This document shows, one piece after another, positions 18,001 through 26,052 of a DNA stretch of 64,000 nt. This DNA is from Clostridiales bacterium. Its GTDB lineage: Bacteria > Bacillota > Clostridia > Christensenellales > Borkfalkiaceae. The position numbers were made by a program, and so were the translations under genes. Each line of letters begins with the position of its first letter. Within the stretch, counting starts at the first letter, position 1. The stretch lies in the NCBI GenBank assembly GCA_015069485.1, contig SVIM01000004.1, positions 4,385 through 68,384 of the forward strand. The letters are read 5' to 3'. The notes beneath the pieces are model-generated. The model was given only the letters and a program-made list of their open reading frames with translations, was not told the DNA's origin and ran no database searches.

Positions 18001-18522
18001 CACGAAAACGTAGGGAGCAGGAAGATCTAACGCAACAATATATTCGGCGTGAGCAACCTTTATGATTGCGCCGTTTTTCGTTGTAATACCAGAAGCGACC
18101 GTTTCGCCGGATGCGGTTTGAAGATATACTTCGATACCCGCAACGTGTTCGCCTTCGTGAAGCACGTTAATTCTGTAACCGTCGTCTTTAAGCGTAACGT
18201 TTACTTCAGAGCCTTGTTTATCAGTTGAGTAAGAGCCGTTTACAGCCATGCCTTGGGGCAAATTGGAAAGCTTAACCTCGTAAACGTCGGGGCTTGCCTG
18301 CATAACCGCTTTACCGTCACTACCGGTAACGCCACTCGCTTGCGCTTCTCCGTCGAGAACGAGTTCTACCGTAACTTCGCTAACCGCAGAGCCGTTGCTA
18401 TCTACGACGCTAACGGTGTAGCTAATAGGTTCGGGTTTTGCGCAACCGGAAAGCATAGCAAACCCTAAGCAAAGGGACAATACTAATGCAAAAGTTGCGA
18501 TAAGTCCGAGCACTTTTTTCAT
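15022..18522 (-). CDS. 1,166-aa surface lipoprotein: at least 4 Ig-like (carboxypeptidase-regulatory-like) modules, an embedded TlpA-type thioredoxin domain (WCGPC), and a C-terminal region of about 620 aa of unknown function
   Basis: The track ORF extends to 18621. I prefer ATG 18522 (MKKVLGLIATFALVLSLCLGFAMLSGC|AKP, a lipobox) with AGGAGG upstream. Repeated modules include YTVSVVDSNGSAVSEVTVEL and YRINVLHEGEHVAGIEVYL. Thioredoxin motif: LVVINLWATWCGPCRSEFPALYGAY. A Gly-rich linker GGSGGGGEP follows. The C-terminal part is jelly-roll/PPC-like, and I cannot assign it. Confidence 0.85.
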   Translation of the reverse strand: MKKVLGLIATFALVLSLCLGFAMLSGCAKPEPISYTVSVVDSNGSAVSEVTVELVLDGEAQASGVTGSDGKAVMQASPDVYEVKLSNLPQGMAVNGSYSTDKQGSEVNVTLKDDGYRINVLHEGEHVAGIEVYLQTASGETVASGITTKNGAIIKVAHAEYIVALDLPAPYVFVANTEEGSNGYYTVSQEKSSVTINLNVQDVTYSATVRTHLGEVVEGAEIEVLKRGEVVDTLTTDGDGRIEFTLPAYAYELRVVSSLQGYSVLGANSKTLKIVGEDVTINVAPEGTEAIEYSLTVDNIGGRLMEGVKVAFYLEDTFVSHANTNSDGVAIVYLPAATYNVAVEDLDLGYAMQGSDFVELTAGNSQGYATLTTEVIKDQTPDKNFTYSLGDVMYELVIETTEGELTLSEILEEKKLVVINLWATWCGPCRSEFPALYGAYLQYSDVVEVIAVSTSDSLDACYDFSSDEGLNGMPFAEDNGIYSMLSRFSSGGIPTTVFVDRYGVITEAHTGSIVVQGEWARIFDRYIADDYVQQIGGSGGGGEPLPDNSGERIKPDIDNPSVESVAQALNGQNCNFTYYFESEDSSDFEYAWPWLPNANGNGIHASNVRQSDKLLNFTFANIHSDFTAKAGDVITFDYNISTEFGYDVLYVLIDNQIMQSLSGTISGTCFAYVVPVDGEYTLSLCYNKDRTTAYEGEKVEISNMRILTEDAINVPTSIFRYAAFGANENYTATNSEMKYEHYVDVVFNAEDGFYHVYNENGPLLMAVITQYGTQWNPNTTIFNLADDGYCVFNGVDYKEIIAGTNSFAHLAAWSDIEGYVPVNEEMADVLKLIAANLGDQKGTYNEFTGEANEVWLEMCVYYDYYGPAGGEMENPIKGLATHTAIELHEGDNHVVINKTPVPRGIYHVFTAEEAGFYEFKSTDNAQSQAWIMREVVDEFGFKSYVMQGTNGSSSYFGPEGYMEDFRFEVNLKQGEKVYLLITMYAHPATGDFNVRVTHYGNESSGELIAAGEGPHVFDDETGEWYAANCIDFMLGDDGYYHHKLYNGSQGGLIYLNLTGTTYMFSNGEVLADFITGRTTVDDGVYHTFNFEDVQIGGVYGEDWTSVMEEYLAEAEANEGNLEGFVAVDEQLYEIMLFFSRSIFTHPTDESILSPNSWLLACSYAVV

Positions 18523-18737
18523 ATAATTCCTCCTATTTATTAAACTGAAATTCTTCCAATTCAAGCTTATAACTATTTTACAAGCATTTAATATTTTAAC
18601 AAATATTTGTGTGTTTTGCAACCATAATTATGCCTTAAATTAATATTTATTATATAATGTGGTACAAAAAGACATTAATTTTACCCAAATATGCATAAAT
18701 TTACAATTATACACAAAATTATGCATAAGTTTTTAAT

Positions 18738-18769
18738 CAAAAAATAAGCGATGCAAAACTGCACCGCTT
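18738..18769 (-). terminator. Rho-independent terminator about 215 nt downstream of the MBL-hydrolase stop
   Basis: On the minus strand: AAGCGGTGCA-GTTT-TGCATCGCTT (10 bp, one G-U pair), followed by ATTTTTTG. Confidence 0.55.
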
Positions 18770-18983
18770 GTTTTGTTGATATAAATTTTTAGGCGTTGTT
18801 CTATCGCATCCCCACACGTTGGAGAAAGTGATTTAAAAACTTTAGAGTTGCGAACAGTTCAAGGCGCGTGAGCATTTTTTTAAGGGAGTTTACAGTGACG
18901 TAAATGACCGTAAATAAAACGCAAAGGCGACACAGTAGTGCGACGCTTATACGCTTTTTAGCGACGCAAATATAAAGTTTTTA

Positions 18984-20186
18984 CTATGTTCTATTTTGGG
19001 CAAACCACTCCGTATCCTTCAACTTCGTAGTATTGTTGGAGCACCATAATTTTAAGCCGTTTTCATTTTCGGAAGATATGTAATAGAAAACGATATTGCC
19101 GTTCATTGAGGTATATTCGTGGTCGCCGTCCGTGCTTAAAGTGGTAACGTAAATACTGTTGGTATATTCAGATACTCTGTTGATAAACGCTTGCGTAGGG
19201 AAGGTATTTTGGTTATTTTCGGTGTATTCGTTAGAACCTGCGCAACAGCATACCGCTACGTGCTTGGGCTTTATAATGGATAAAAGCCCTTCGTTAGAAG
19301 AAGTTTTACTGCCGTGATGCCCCGCCTTAAAAAGTTCAACTTCGGGCAATTCGTTATATTCTACTAAATATTCTTCTCCCTTTTCTTCCAAATCGCCCGT
19401 AAATAAATAGTGGTTAGTTTTTGTACTATCTATTTCTTGCGATAAAAGCATACAAACTGAATAATCGTTTTCGTCGGAAGTTTGGTGCTCGTAATAGTAG
19501 TTGTATAAAATATTAAGCGAAATTTTGTTTTCTTCGTCCAAATAATACTGCTTTTGCGCACCGTCCGTTTGGTACCAGCATTGTTTTGCCGTATAAACCT
19601 TTGTGCCGTTATTTTGGCAATAATCTACGGCTTGGCAGAAATTATTATAAATTGTCGTAGTTTTGTTGGTCAGCGCAAATTGAATTAAGGTTTGCACTTG
19701 GTACTGATACAATAAACCGGTACGGGTTTCGCCACTTTTGTTACCCACAAACGCCGCTATATGGTCTTGGTCTGCGTGAGTTGCAATTACGTATTCCAAA
19801 ACGCCGTCCGTACAATAAGTATCCACGTAAGATTTTAAATACTCTGCGCTTCCTTGGCGGGAGCCCGCGTCTATTAAAACTTCGGTGTTGCCAACTTTTA
19901 TTAAGGTGCAGTCGCCCGTGTATTCGTTGCCAAGTTCCAAAAAGTGGATTGAAAGTTCGGCAGAAGAAATTTCGGCAAGCTCGCCATGTTCAATATTTCC
20001 GCCGTTTTCGCTACCGCCGTTAGAATCCTTGTTAATATACTCGATTATTTGATTGTAAATATTAATTACGAACTGTGGCTTTACTATGTATAGCACGATT
20101 GCCGCAATTATTAAAACGGTTATAATTGCAAGCAAAAAGCCTATTAAGCCGTTTTTATTTTTTTTGCTTTTTCTTTTTTTTGCCAT
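18984..20186 (-). CDS. Membrane-anchored extracytoplasmic MBL-fold metallo-hydrolase (resembles the ComEC C-terminal domain)
   Basis: N-terminal basic stretch plus TM: MAKKRKSKKNKNGLIGFLLAIITVLIIAAIVLYIV. The metallo-beta-lactamase HxHxDH-type motif is present as IATHADQDHIAAF, with AGHHGS later. Confidence 0.8.
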   Translation of the reverse strand: MAKKRKSKKNKNGLIGFLLAIITVLIIAAIVLYIVKPQFVINIYNQIIEYINKDSNGGSENGGNIEHGELAEISSAELSIHFLELGNEYTGDCTLIKVGNTEVLIDAGSRQGSAEYLKSYVDTYCTDGVLEYVIATHADQDHIAAFVGNKSGETRTGLLYQYQVQTLIQFALTNKTTTIYNNFCQAVDYCQNNGTKVYTAKQCWYQTDGAQKQYYLDEENKISLNILYNYYYEHQTSDENDYSVCMLLSQEIDSTKTNHYLFTGDLEEKGEEYLVEYNELPEVELFKAGHHGSKTSSNEGLLSIIKPKHVAVCCCAGSNEYTENNQNTFPTQAFINRVSEYTNSIYVTTLSTDGDHEYTSMNGNIVFYYISSENENGLKLWCSNNTTKLKDTEWFAQNRT

Positions 20187-20250
20187 ATAAAAAATCCCTT
20201 AAAAATTCAATTAGTTGGAGGATATTACGCCACCAATTTACTTTAACATT

Positions 20251-20281
20251 AAAAACGGGCGAAATTTTGCGCCCGTTTTTT
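20251..20281 (-). terminator. Terminator after valS
   Basis: On the minus strand: ACGGGCG-caaaatttc-CGCCCGT, followed by TTTTT. It starts 5 nt after the valS stop. Confidence 0.65.
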
Positions 20282-20285
20282 ACTT

Positions 20286-22901
20286 TTATAAATTGTTTAA
20301 TTGCTGTTGTATTTTTTCGCGAATTTCTAAATATTTATTTAATTTTTCGCGTTCTTCGTCAACGAGCTTTTTGGGCGCTTTTGCCATAAAGCCTTGGTTA
20401 TTTAACTTGCCTTCGGCACGGCGAATTTCAGAAAGAACCTTATCGAGCTCGCCTTCTAATCTTACCCTTTCCTTTTCGGCGTCGACTAATTCGCCCATAG
20501 GAATATAAATAGTTCCTATTGATAAAACCTTGGTTACGGTTTTTTCACCTGCTTCTTCGGGGGTGGAAATAAACTTGATTTCCGAAGCGCCTGCAAGCTT
20601 TAAAATACTGTCTTCGTTGGCAGATATTATACGCTTACTGTCGGTTACGATATAAAGGCTAACCTTTTTGGAGGGAGCGCAGTCCACTTCCTTTTTAACG
20701 GTACGAACTGCCTTTATAATATCCATAATTCCCGCAAACGCCGCCGCTTCCTTTTTGTAAGCAAGCTTGGAGTTATATCTGGGATAATCTTGTACCATTA
20801 TCGAGCCTTCCGTACCGAGAAGGTTTTTGTAAATTTCTTCCGTGATAAAGGGAATAAAGGGGTGTAAAAGCTTTATTGCGCTTTCTAACACGAACATTAA
20901 AACGGAAATTGCGTTGTCTTTTTTATTATTATCGTCAGACCAAAGCGCAGGCTTTGTAAGCTCGATATACCAGTCGCAGAAATCCGACCACATAAAGTCG
21001 TATAAAATTTGGCAGGCAATACCAAGCTCGAATTTGTTTAATGCAAGCGTTACGTCGCGTATAGTTGCTTGCAAACGGGAAATTATCCACTTGTCTGCGT
21101 GGGTTAATTTGCACTCCTTCAAGCTCTTAATATTTCTGCCTTCGGCGTTCATAATTACGTAGCGGCTTGCGTTCCAAATTTTGTTCATAAAGTTACGGCA
21201 AGCTTCTACCTTTGCATCAGAATAACGGGTATCGTTACCGGGCGCAACGCCTTGTAAAAGCGAGAAGCGAAGGCTGTCTGCGCCGTATTTATCAATTACG
21301 ATTAAGGGGTCAACGCCGTTGCCTAAAGACTTGGACATCTTTCTGCCTTGGTCGTCGCGCACGATTCCGTGAATTAAAACGTCACGGAAGGGAACTTTAC
21401 GCATATGCTCTATACCCGAGAACATCATTCTTGCAACCCAGAAGAAAATAATATCGTAGCCCGTTACTAAAACGTCCGTGGGATAGAAGTAATCTAAATC
21501 GGAAGTGTCTTCGGGATAGCCTAAGGTTGAGAAAGGCCAAAGCGCAGACGAGAACCAAGTATCTAAAACGTCTTCGTCCTGATATATGTTGGTGCTACCG
21601 CAGTCGCAAGCGTGGATATCTTCTTTAGAGCAAATAACCTTTCCGCAATCCTTGCAGTACCAAACGGGGATTCTGTGTCCCCACCAAAGCTGACGGGAAA
21701 TACACCAGTCCTTAACGTTTTCCATCCAGTTATAATAAATTTTTGCAAATCTTTCGGGAACGAAGGTCGTCTTTTTATCGATAACGGCGTTGATTGCGGG
21801 GCGTGCCAAAGGCTCCATTTTAACGAACCATTGCTTGGAAACGATAGGTTCTACCGAGGAGTGACATCTATAACAATGCCCTACGTTGTGGGCGTGAGGC
21901 TGAATTTTTATAAGATTGCCTAAAGCCTTAAGCTCTTCCACCACTTGCTTTCTGCACTCGTATCTGTCTAAGCCTGCAAATTTTCCGCAAAGCTCGTTCA
22001 TAGTGCCGTCGTCGTTCATAACCTTTACCACTTCCAAATTGTGGCGAAGCCCTACTTCAAAGTCGTTAGGGTCGTGAGCGGGGGTAATTTTTACGCAACC
22101 CGTTCCAAAAGTCATATCGGCGTGCATATCGCCCACTACGGGGATAGGCTTGTTAATAATAGGAAGGATTACGTTTTTACCGATTAAGTGCTTATATCTT
22201 TCGTCGTTGGGGTTTACCGCAACGGCCGTGTCGCCAAACATAGTTTCGGGACGGGTAGTTGCAACGATTAAGCCTTCTTCGTTAGAGCCTTCTACGAAAT
22301 ATTTTAAATGCCAAAAGCTTGACTGCTCTTCTGCGTATTCTACTTCAGCGTCAGAAAGAGCCGTTTTACAGCAAGGACACCAGTTAATAATTCTGCTACC
22401 CCTATAAATTAAGCCCTTGTTGTAAAGGTTTACGAATACTTCCCTTACCGCCTTAGAGCATTTTTCGTCCATAGTAAAGGAAAGGCGGGACCAATCGCAG
22501 GAAGAGCCCATCTTTTTAAGCTGGGTTACTATTCTTCCGCCGTACTGCTCCTTCCATTTCCAAGCGCGTTCTAAAAACTGTTCGCGCGTTAAATCTTCCT
22601 TTTTAATTCCTTCCTTTGCCATCTGCTCAACGATTTTAACCTCAGTTGCGATAGACGCGTGGTCGGTGCCGGGAAGCCAAAGGGCGCAATATCCCTGCAT
22701 GCGCTTAAAGCGAATAATACTGTCTTGCAAGGTGTTATCCATTGCGTGGCCCATGTGGAGCTGTCCTGTTATGTTGGGAGGGGGCATCATTATAGTAAAG
22801 GGTACTTTATTATCGTCCCTTATTGCCTTAAAATAGCCCTTTTCTTCCCATTCGTTATAAAGTTTATCTTCAAAACTTTTCGGATTGTAAGTCTTTTCCA
22901 T
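20286..22901 (-). CDS. valS: Valine--tRNA ligase
   Basis: 871 aa. HIGH-type motif PPPNITGQLHMGHA and KMSKS are present. It has a C-terminal coiled coil typical of ValRS. Confidence 0.97.
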   Translation of the reverse strand: MEKTYNPKSFEDKLYNEWEEKGYFKAIRDDNKVPFTIMMPPPNITGQLHMGHAMDNTLQDSIIRFKRMQGYCALWLPGTDHASIATEVKIVEQMAKEGIKKEDLTREQFLERAWKWKEQYGGRIVTQLKKMGSSCDWSRLSFTMDEKCSKAVREVFVNLYNKGLIYRGSRIINWCPCCKTALSDAEVEYAEEQSSFWHLKYFVEGSNEEGLIVATTRPETMFGDTAVAVNPNDERYKHLIGKNVILPIINKPIPVVGDMHADMTFGTGCVKITPAHDPNDFEVGLRHNLEVVKVMNDDGTMNELCGKFAGLDRYECRKQVVEELKALGNLIKIQPHAHNVGHCYRCHSSVEPIVSKQWFVKMEPLARPAINAVIDKKTTFVPERFAKIYYNWMENVKDWCISRQLWWGHRIPVWYCKDCGKVICSKEDIHACDCGSTNIYQDEDVLDTWFSSALWPFSTLGYPEDTSDLDYFYPTDVLVTGYDIIFFWVARMMFSGIEHMRKVPFRDVLIHGIVRDDQGRKMSKSLGNGVDPLIVIDKYGADSLRFSLLQGVAPGNDTRYSDAKVEACRNFMNKIWNASRYVIMNAEGRNIKSLKECKLTHADKWIISRLQATIRDVTLALNKFELGIACQILYDFMWSDFCDWYIELTKPALWSDDNNKKDNAISVLMFVLESAIKLLHPFIPFITEEIYKNLLGTEGSIMVQDYPRYNSKLAYKKEAAAFAGIMDIIKAVRTVKKEVDCAPSKKVSLYIVTDSKRIISANEDSILKLAGASEIKFISTPEEAGEKTVTKVLSIGTIYIPMGELVDAEKERVRLEGELDKVLSEIRRAEGKLNNQGFMAKAPKKLVDEEREKLNKYLEIREKIQQQLNNL

Positions 22902-23008
22902 AGTTTACCTCAATTTTTTGCCTATCTATTATAAAACAATTTATAAGCGTTGTCAATCGCAACGGGGTAAAGCATACAATGTATTATTAAAAATTTTAAG
23001 GAGAAATT

Positions 23009-24007
23009 ATGAAAAATAAATTAATTAGTATATTTTTAGCAGTAATTTGCGCAGCCTGTTTACCCTTTAGCTTGCTTGCCTGCAACAAAAGGACGGAGGT
23101 TTTAAAAATTAACGAGGTTACCCACAGCGTTTTTTACGCCCCTATGTATTTAGCCGAAGCGTTGGGCTATTTTAAGGACGAGGGCTTTGAGGTGGAATTC
23201 ACCAACGGTGGCGGTGCAGATAACACGATGGCGGCCGTTCTCTCAGGCGCGGCAGATATCGGCTTTTGCGGGCCCGAAGCACCCCTTTACGTGGCGATTG
23301 GAGGCTCTTCCGATACCCCCAAGGTGTTTGGTCAGTTAACTAAACGCGACGGTAGCTTTTTGGTTGGAAGGTACGACGAAAAACAAGATTTTTCGTGGCA
23401 AAATCTTCAAGGAAAGGAAATTTTAGCGGGCCGTAAAGGCGGAGTACCTGCTATGACCTTTGAGTACGTTTTAAAGCAAGACGGCGTTGAGGCAACCTTA
23501 AATTACGACGTTGCATTTAATATGATGACCTCTGCCTTTGAGGGCGGAATTGCTGACTACTGCACTATGTTCGAGCCGGCTGCAAGCGAGTACGAAAAGG
23601 CGGGTAAAGGCTACATAGTAGCGTCCGTAGGAGAAAAATCAGGCGAAATTCCCTACACCTGTTTTATGGCTAAATCGAGCTTTATTGAAAGCAATAGCGA
23701 CAAGGTTGAGGGCTTTTTAAGGGCTGTTACAAAGGCGATAAAATTTACCTTGGAAAATTCCTCTAAAACCGTGGCGGAATATCTTGTACCCTACTTTGAC
23801 GGAACTGCGCTTGACTCGATTGAAACCTCCGTGCAAAGCTATAAAAATATTGACGCGTGGGTTACGAATATGGCTATGAAGGAAAGCGCGCTTGACGCCT
23901 TGCAGGACGTTATTGAAAGTGCAGGCGAGCTGGAGAGAAGGGTGCAGTTTGACGAGCTAGTTTTAACGGAAACTGCCCAAAAAGTTTACGACGAAATTTA
24001 TGGTTGA
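23009..24007 (+). CDS. ABC transporter substrate-binding lipoprotein (NMT1/THI5-like, NitT/TauT family)
   Basis: Lipobox FSLLAC|NK. The protein has SsuA/THI5-like periplasmic-binding composition. It overlaps the following ATPase gene by 8 nt. Confidence 0.8.
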   Translation: MKNKLISIFLAVICAACLPFSLLACNKRTEVLKINEVTHSVFYAPMYLAEALGYFKDEGFEVEFTNGGGADNTMAAVLSGAADIGFCGPEAPLYVAIGGSSDTPKVFGQLTKRDGSFLVGRYDEKQDFSWQNLQGKEILAGRKGGVPAMTFEYVLKQDGVEATLNYDVAFNMMTSAFEGGIADYCTMFEPAASEYEKAGKGYIVASVGEKSGEIPYTCFMAKSSFIESNSDKVEGFLRAVTKAIKFTLENSSKTVAEYLVPYFDGTALDSIETSVQSYKNIDAWVTNMAMKESALDALQDVIESAGELERRVQFDELVLTETAQKVYDEIYG

Positions 24008-24725
24008 ATTTAAAGAAGTAAGCTATATATACCACACTAAAAACGGCGAAACCAAAGCCGTTGAAAATATGAGCTTTAGCGTAAAAAAAGGTCAGTTCGT
24101 TTCGGTAATAGGCCCTTCCGGTTGCGGTAAAACGACTATACTTTCGCTTGCGGCGGGACTATTAACCCCTTCTTACGGCAAGGTTGAAAAGCAAAGCAAC
24201 GAATACGGCTATATGCTTCAAAGGGACGCACTGTTCCCTTGGCGCACGGTTAGAGGAAATATTTTTTTACCGCTTGAAATTAAAAAAAGAAACAGCCCCA
24301 AAAACAGAGAGAACGCCCTTATGCTTGCCGAAAAATACGGCTTAAAGGATTTTTTAGATAAAACCCCAAACGAGCTTTCCGGGGGGATGAGGCAAAGAGT
24401 AGCGCTTATTAGAACGCTTGCCGCACAGCCGGATTTGCTTTTGCTTGACGAACCTTTTTCCGCCTTGGATTACCAAACGAGGCTAGAGGTTTGCGACGAC
24501 GTGCAGACAATTATTAAAAGCGAAAAAAAGACGGCGTTGCTCGTTACCCACGACATATCCGAGGCAATAGCCCTTTCAGATAAGGTGGTAGTGCTTTCGG
24601 CAAGGCCGGCAACGGTTATTGGCGAGCACAATATAGATTTTGGCGATAACAACCCCAAGCACCGTAGAGAGTGCCCCGAATTTGCCACTTGCTTTGAAGC
24701 CTTGCGCCGACAGCTTGGCATTTAA
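24000..24725 (+). CDS. ABC transporter ATP-binding protein (NitT/TauT family)
   Basis: Walker A GPSGCGKTT, signature LSGGMRQRVALIRTL, Walker B LLLLDEPFSALD. Confidence 0.9.
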   Translation: MVEFKEVSYIYHTKNGETKAVENMSFSVKKGQFVSVIGPSGCGKTTILSLAAGLLTPSYGKVEKQSNEYGYMLQRDALFPWRTVRGNIFLPLEIKKRNSPKNRENALMLAEKYGLKDFLDKTPNELSGGMRQRVALIRTLAAQPDLLLLDEPFSALDYQTRLEVCDDVQTIIKSEKKTALLVTHDISEAIALSDKVVVLSARPATVIGEHNIDFGDNNPKHRRECPEFATCFEALRRQLGI

Positions 24726-24751
24726 CCTTTACGCTAAATTAGGATAAACTT

Positions 24752-25555
24752 ATGAAAAACTTAAACTACTCCCCTCAACATTTAATTTATTTAAAAAAAA
24801 TAAAGCGCAATAAAATTTTCGTAAACTTTATGCGCTCGTTTATTTTAGTTTTGATTTTGGGCGTGTGGGAACTTTGCGCAGCCTTTAAAATTATCGACCC
24901 GTTTATAACCAGCTCCCCTTCAAGGGTGGTTAAAACGATTATCGACCTATATTTAAACGGCTCGCTGTTTTACCATATCGGCGTAACGCTTTTCGAAACG
25001 CTTTTAGGCTTTATTATTGCAATAGTTGCGGGATATTCCGTGGCCATTTTGCTTTGGATGAGTAATTCTGCACGAAAAATTTTCGAGCCGTATATAGTAG
25101 TTTTAAACTCTTTACCTAAAATTGCGCTTGGCCCTTTGATTATAATTTGGATTGGCACGGGCTATACGGCGATAATTTTTATGACTATACTCGTCGCCGT
25201 TATAGTTTGCATTATGAACACCTTAACAGGATTTTGCTCGGTTGATTCTACCATGCTGACTTTAATGAGGTCTATGGGCGCAAGCAAAATTTTAACGCTT
25301 AAAAAATTAATTATCCCAGCCTCTATTCCTGCCCTTATGAACACCTTAAAGGTTGCGGTTGGGCTTGCTTGGATAGGCTCGATTATGGGCGAATATATCG
25401 TTTCGCGCGCAGGGCTTGGGTATTTAATCGTTTACGGCGGTCAGGTTTTTAAGCTTGACTTGGTTATGACCGCTACCATTATTTTATGCGCCTTAGCAGG
25501 AGCAATGTACGGTGTAGTTGCACTTTTGGAAAAAAGACTTTTAAAGCTTTACTAA
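24752..25555 (+). CDS. ABC transporter permease (NitT/TauT family)
   Basis: 267 aa with about 6 TM segments. It is the third gene of the SBP-ATPase-permease set. Confidence 0.85.
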   Translation: MKNLNYSPQHLIYLKKIKRNKIFVNFMRSFILVLILGVWELCAAFKIIDPFITSSPSRVVKTIIDLYLNGSLFYHIGVTLFETLLGFIIAIVAGYSVAILLWMSNSARKIFEPYIVVLNSLPKIALGPLIIIWIGTGYTAIIFMTILVAVIVCIMNTLTGFCSVDSTMLTLMRSMGASKILTLKKLIIPASIPALMNTLKVAVGLAWIGSIMGEYIVSRAGLGYLIVYGGQVFKLDLVMTATIILCALAGAMYGVVALLEKRLLKLY

Positions 25556-25708
25556 AGCAAAAAAATAAAATTATAAACGGCGCAAAAAACCGCGCAAAAT
25601 GCCGTTAGTTAAAGCATATTACCCCATCAATTTAATATTTTACGGTTTGTGGGGCAGCATTTTTAGGTTGCCCCACGGCTTAATTTTTAACCTTAAAATA
25701 AACGCAAT

Positions 25709-25936
25709 TTAGTTTGCAAACGCCCTTTTAAACGCGCAATCACCCCTTCTAAAGGTAGCAAATTCGCTAAACCTACGCTCTGCCTTATTTAAGCCCTTAA
25801 GGTTATTTATTTCAGCAAAAATTTCTTCGCTCGATTTAACGGGAATAGACTGCGTGCCGTTAATTAAAAATTCTTCGCCGATATGACGGCTTCTTATTAT
25901 TTGTTTTTGGCGTTGAATATAGGAAATAAAGTTCAT
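25709..25936 (-). CDS. Small hypothetical protein (75 aa), divergent from the WYL regulator
   Basis: AGGGG lies 6 nt upstream of the ATG. I recognise no motif. Confidence 0.45.
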   Translation of the reverse strand: MNFISYIQRQKQIIRSRHIGEEFLINGTQSIPVKSSEEIFAEINNLKGLNKAERRFSEFATFRRGDCAFKRAFAN

Positions 25937-25983
25937 ATTTAGCCCCTTTAAATTATTTACACATATTATTTTAATTATAATAC

Positions 25984-26012
25984 TTGACAGAAGTTGTCAT
26001 GTATGATAAAAT
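25984..26012 (+). promoter_or_regulatory. Promoter of the WYL regulator, with an overlapping palindromic operator candidate
   Basis: TTGACA (25984-25989), 17 nt, TAAAAT (26007-26012). The inverted repeat TGACA-gaagt-TGTCA (25985-25999) overlaps the -35 box. Confidence 0.5.
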
Positions 26013-26052
26013 ATTTTTAATAATTTTAAAATAATTTATGCATGGTGAAAAT

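Noticed and set aside
18770-18983. 24-aa ORF (MLTRLELFATLKFLNHFLQRVGMR) on the minus strand in the MBL 3' region
   Set aside because: It has no RBS and arbitrary composition. I treat the region as non-coding (see the finding at 18738-18983).
22902-23008. T-box leader for valS, or a TPP or other riboswitch for the NMT1/THI5-like ABC transporter
   Set aside because: The intergenic region is only 107 nt and is shared by divergent genes. I saw no T-box (..TGGNACCGCG..) or TPP (CTGAGA..) signature.
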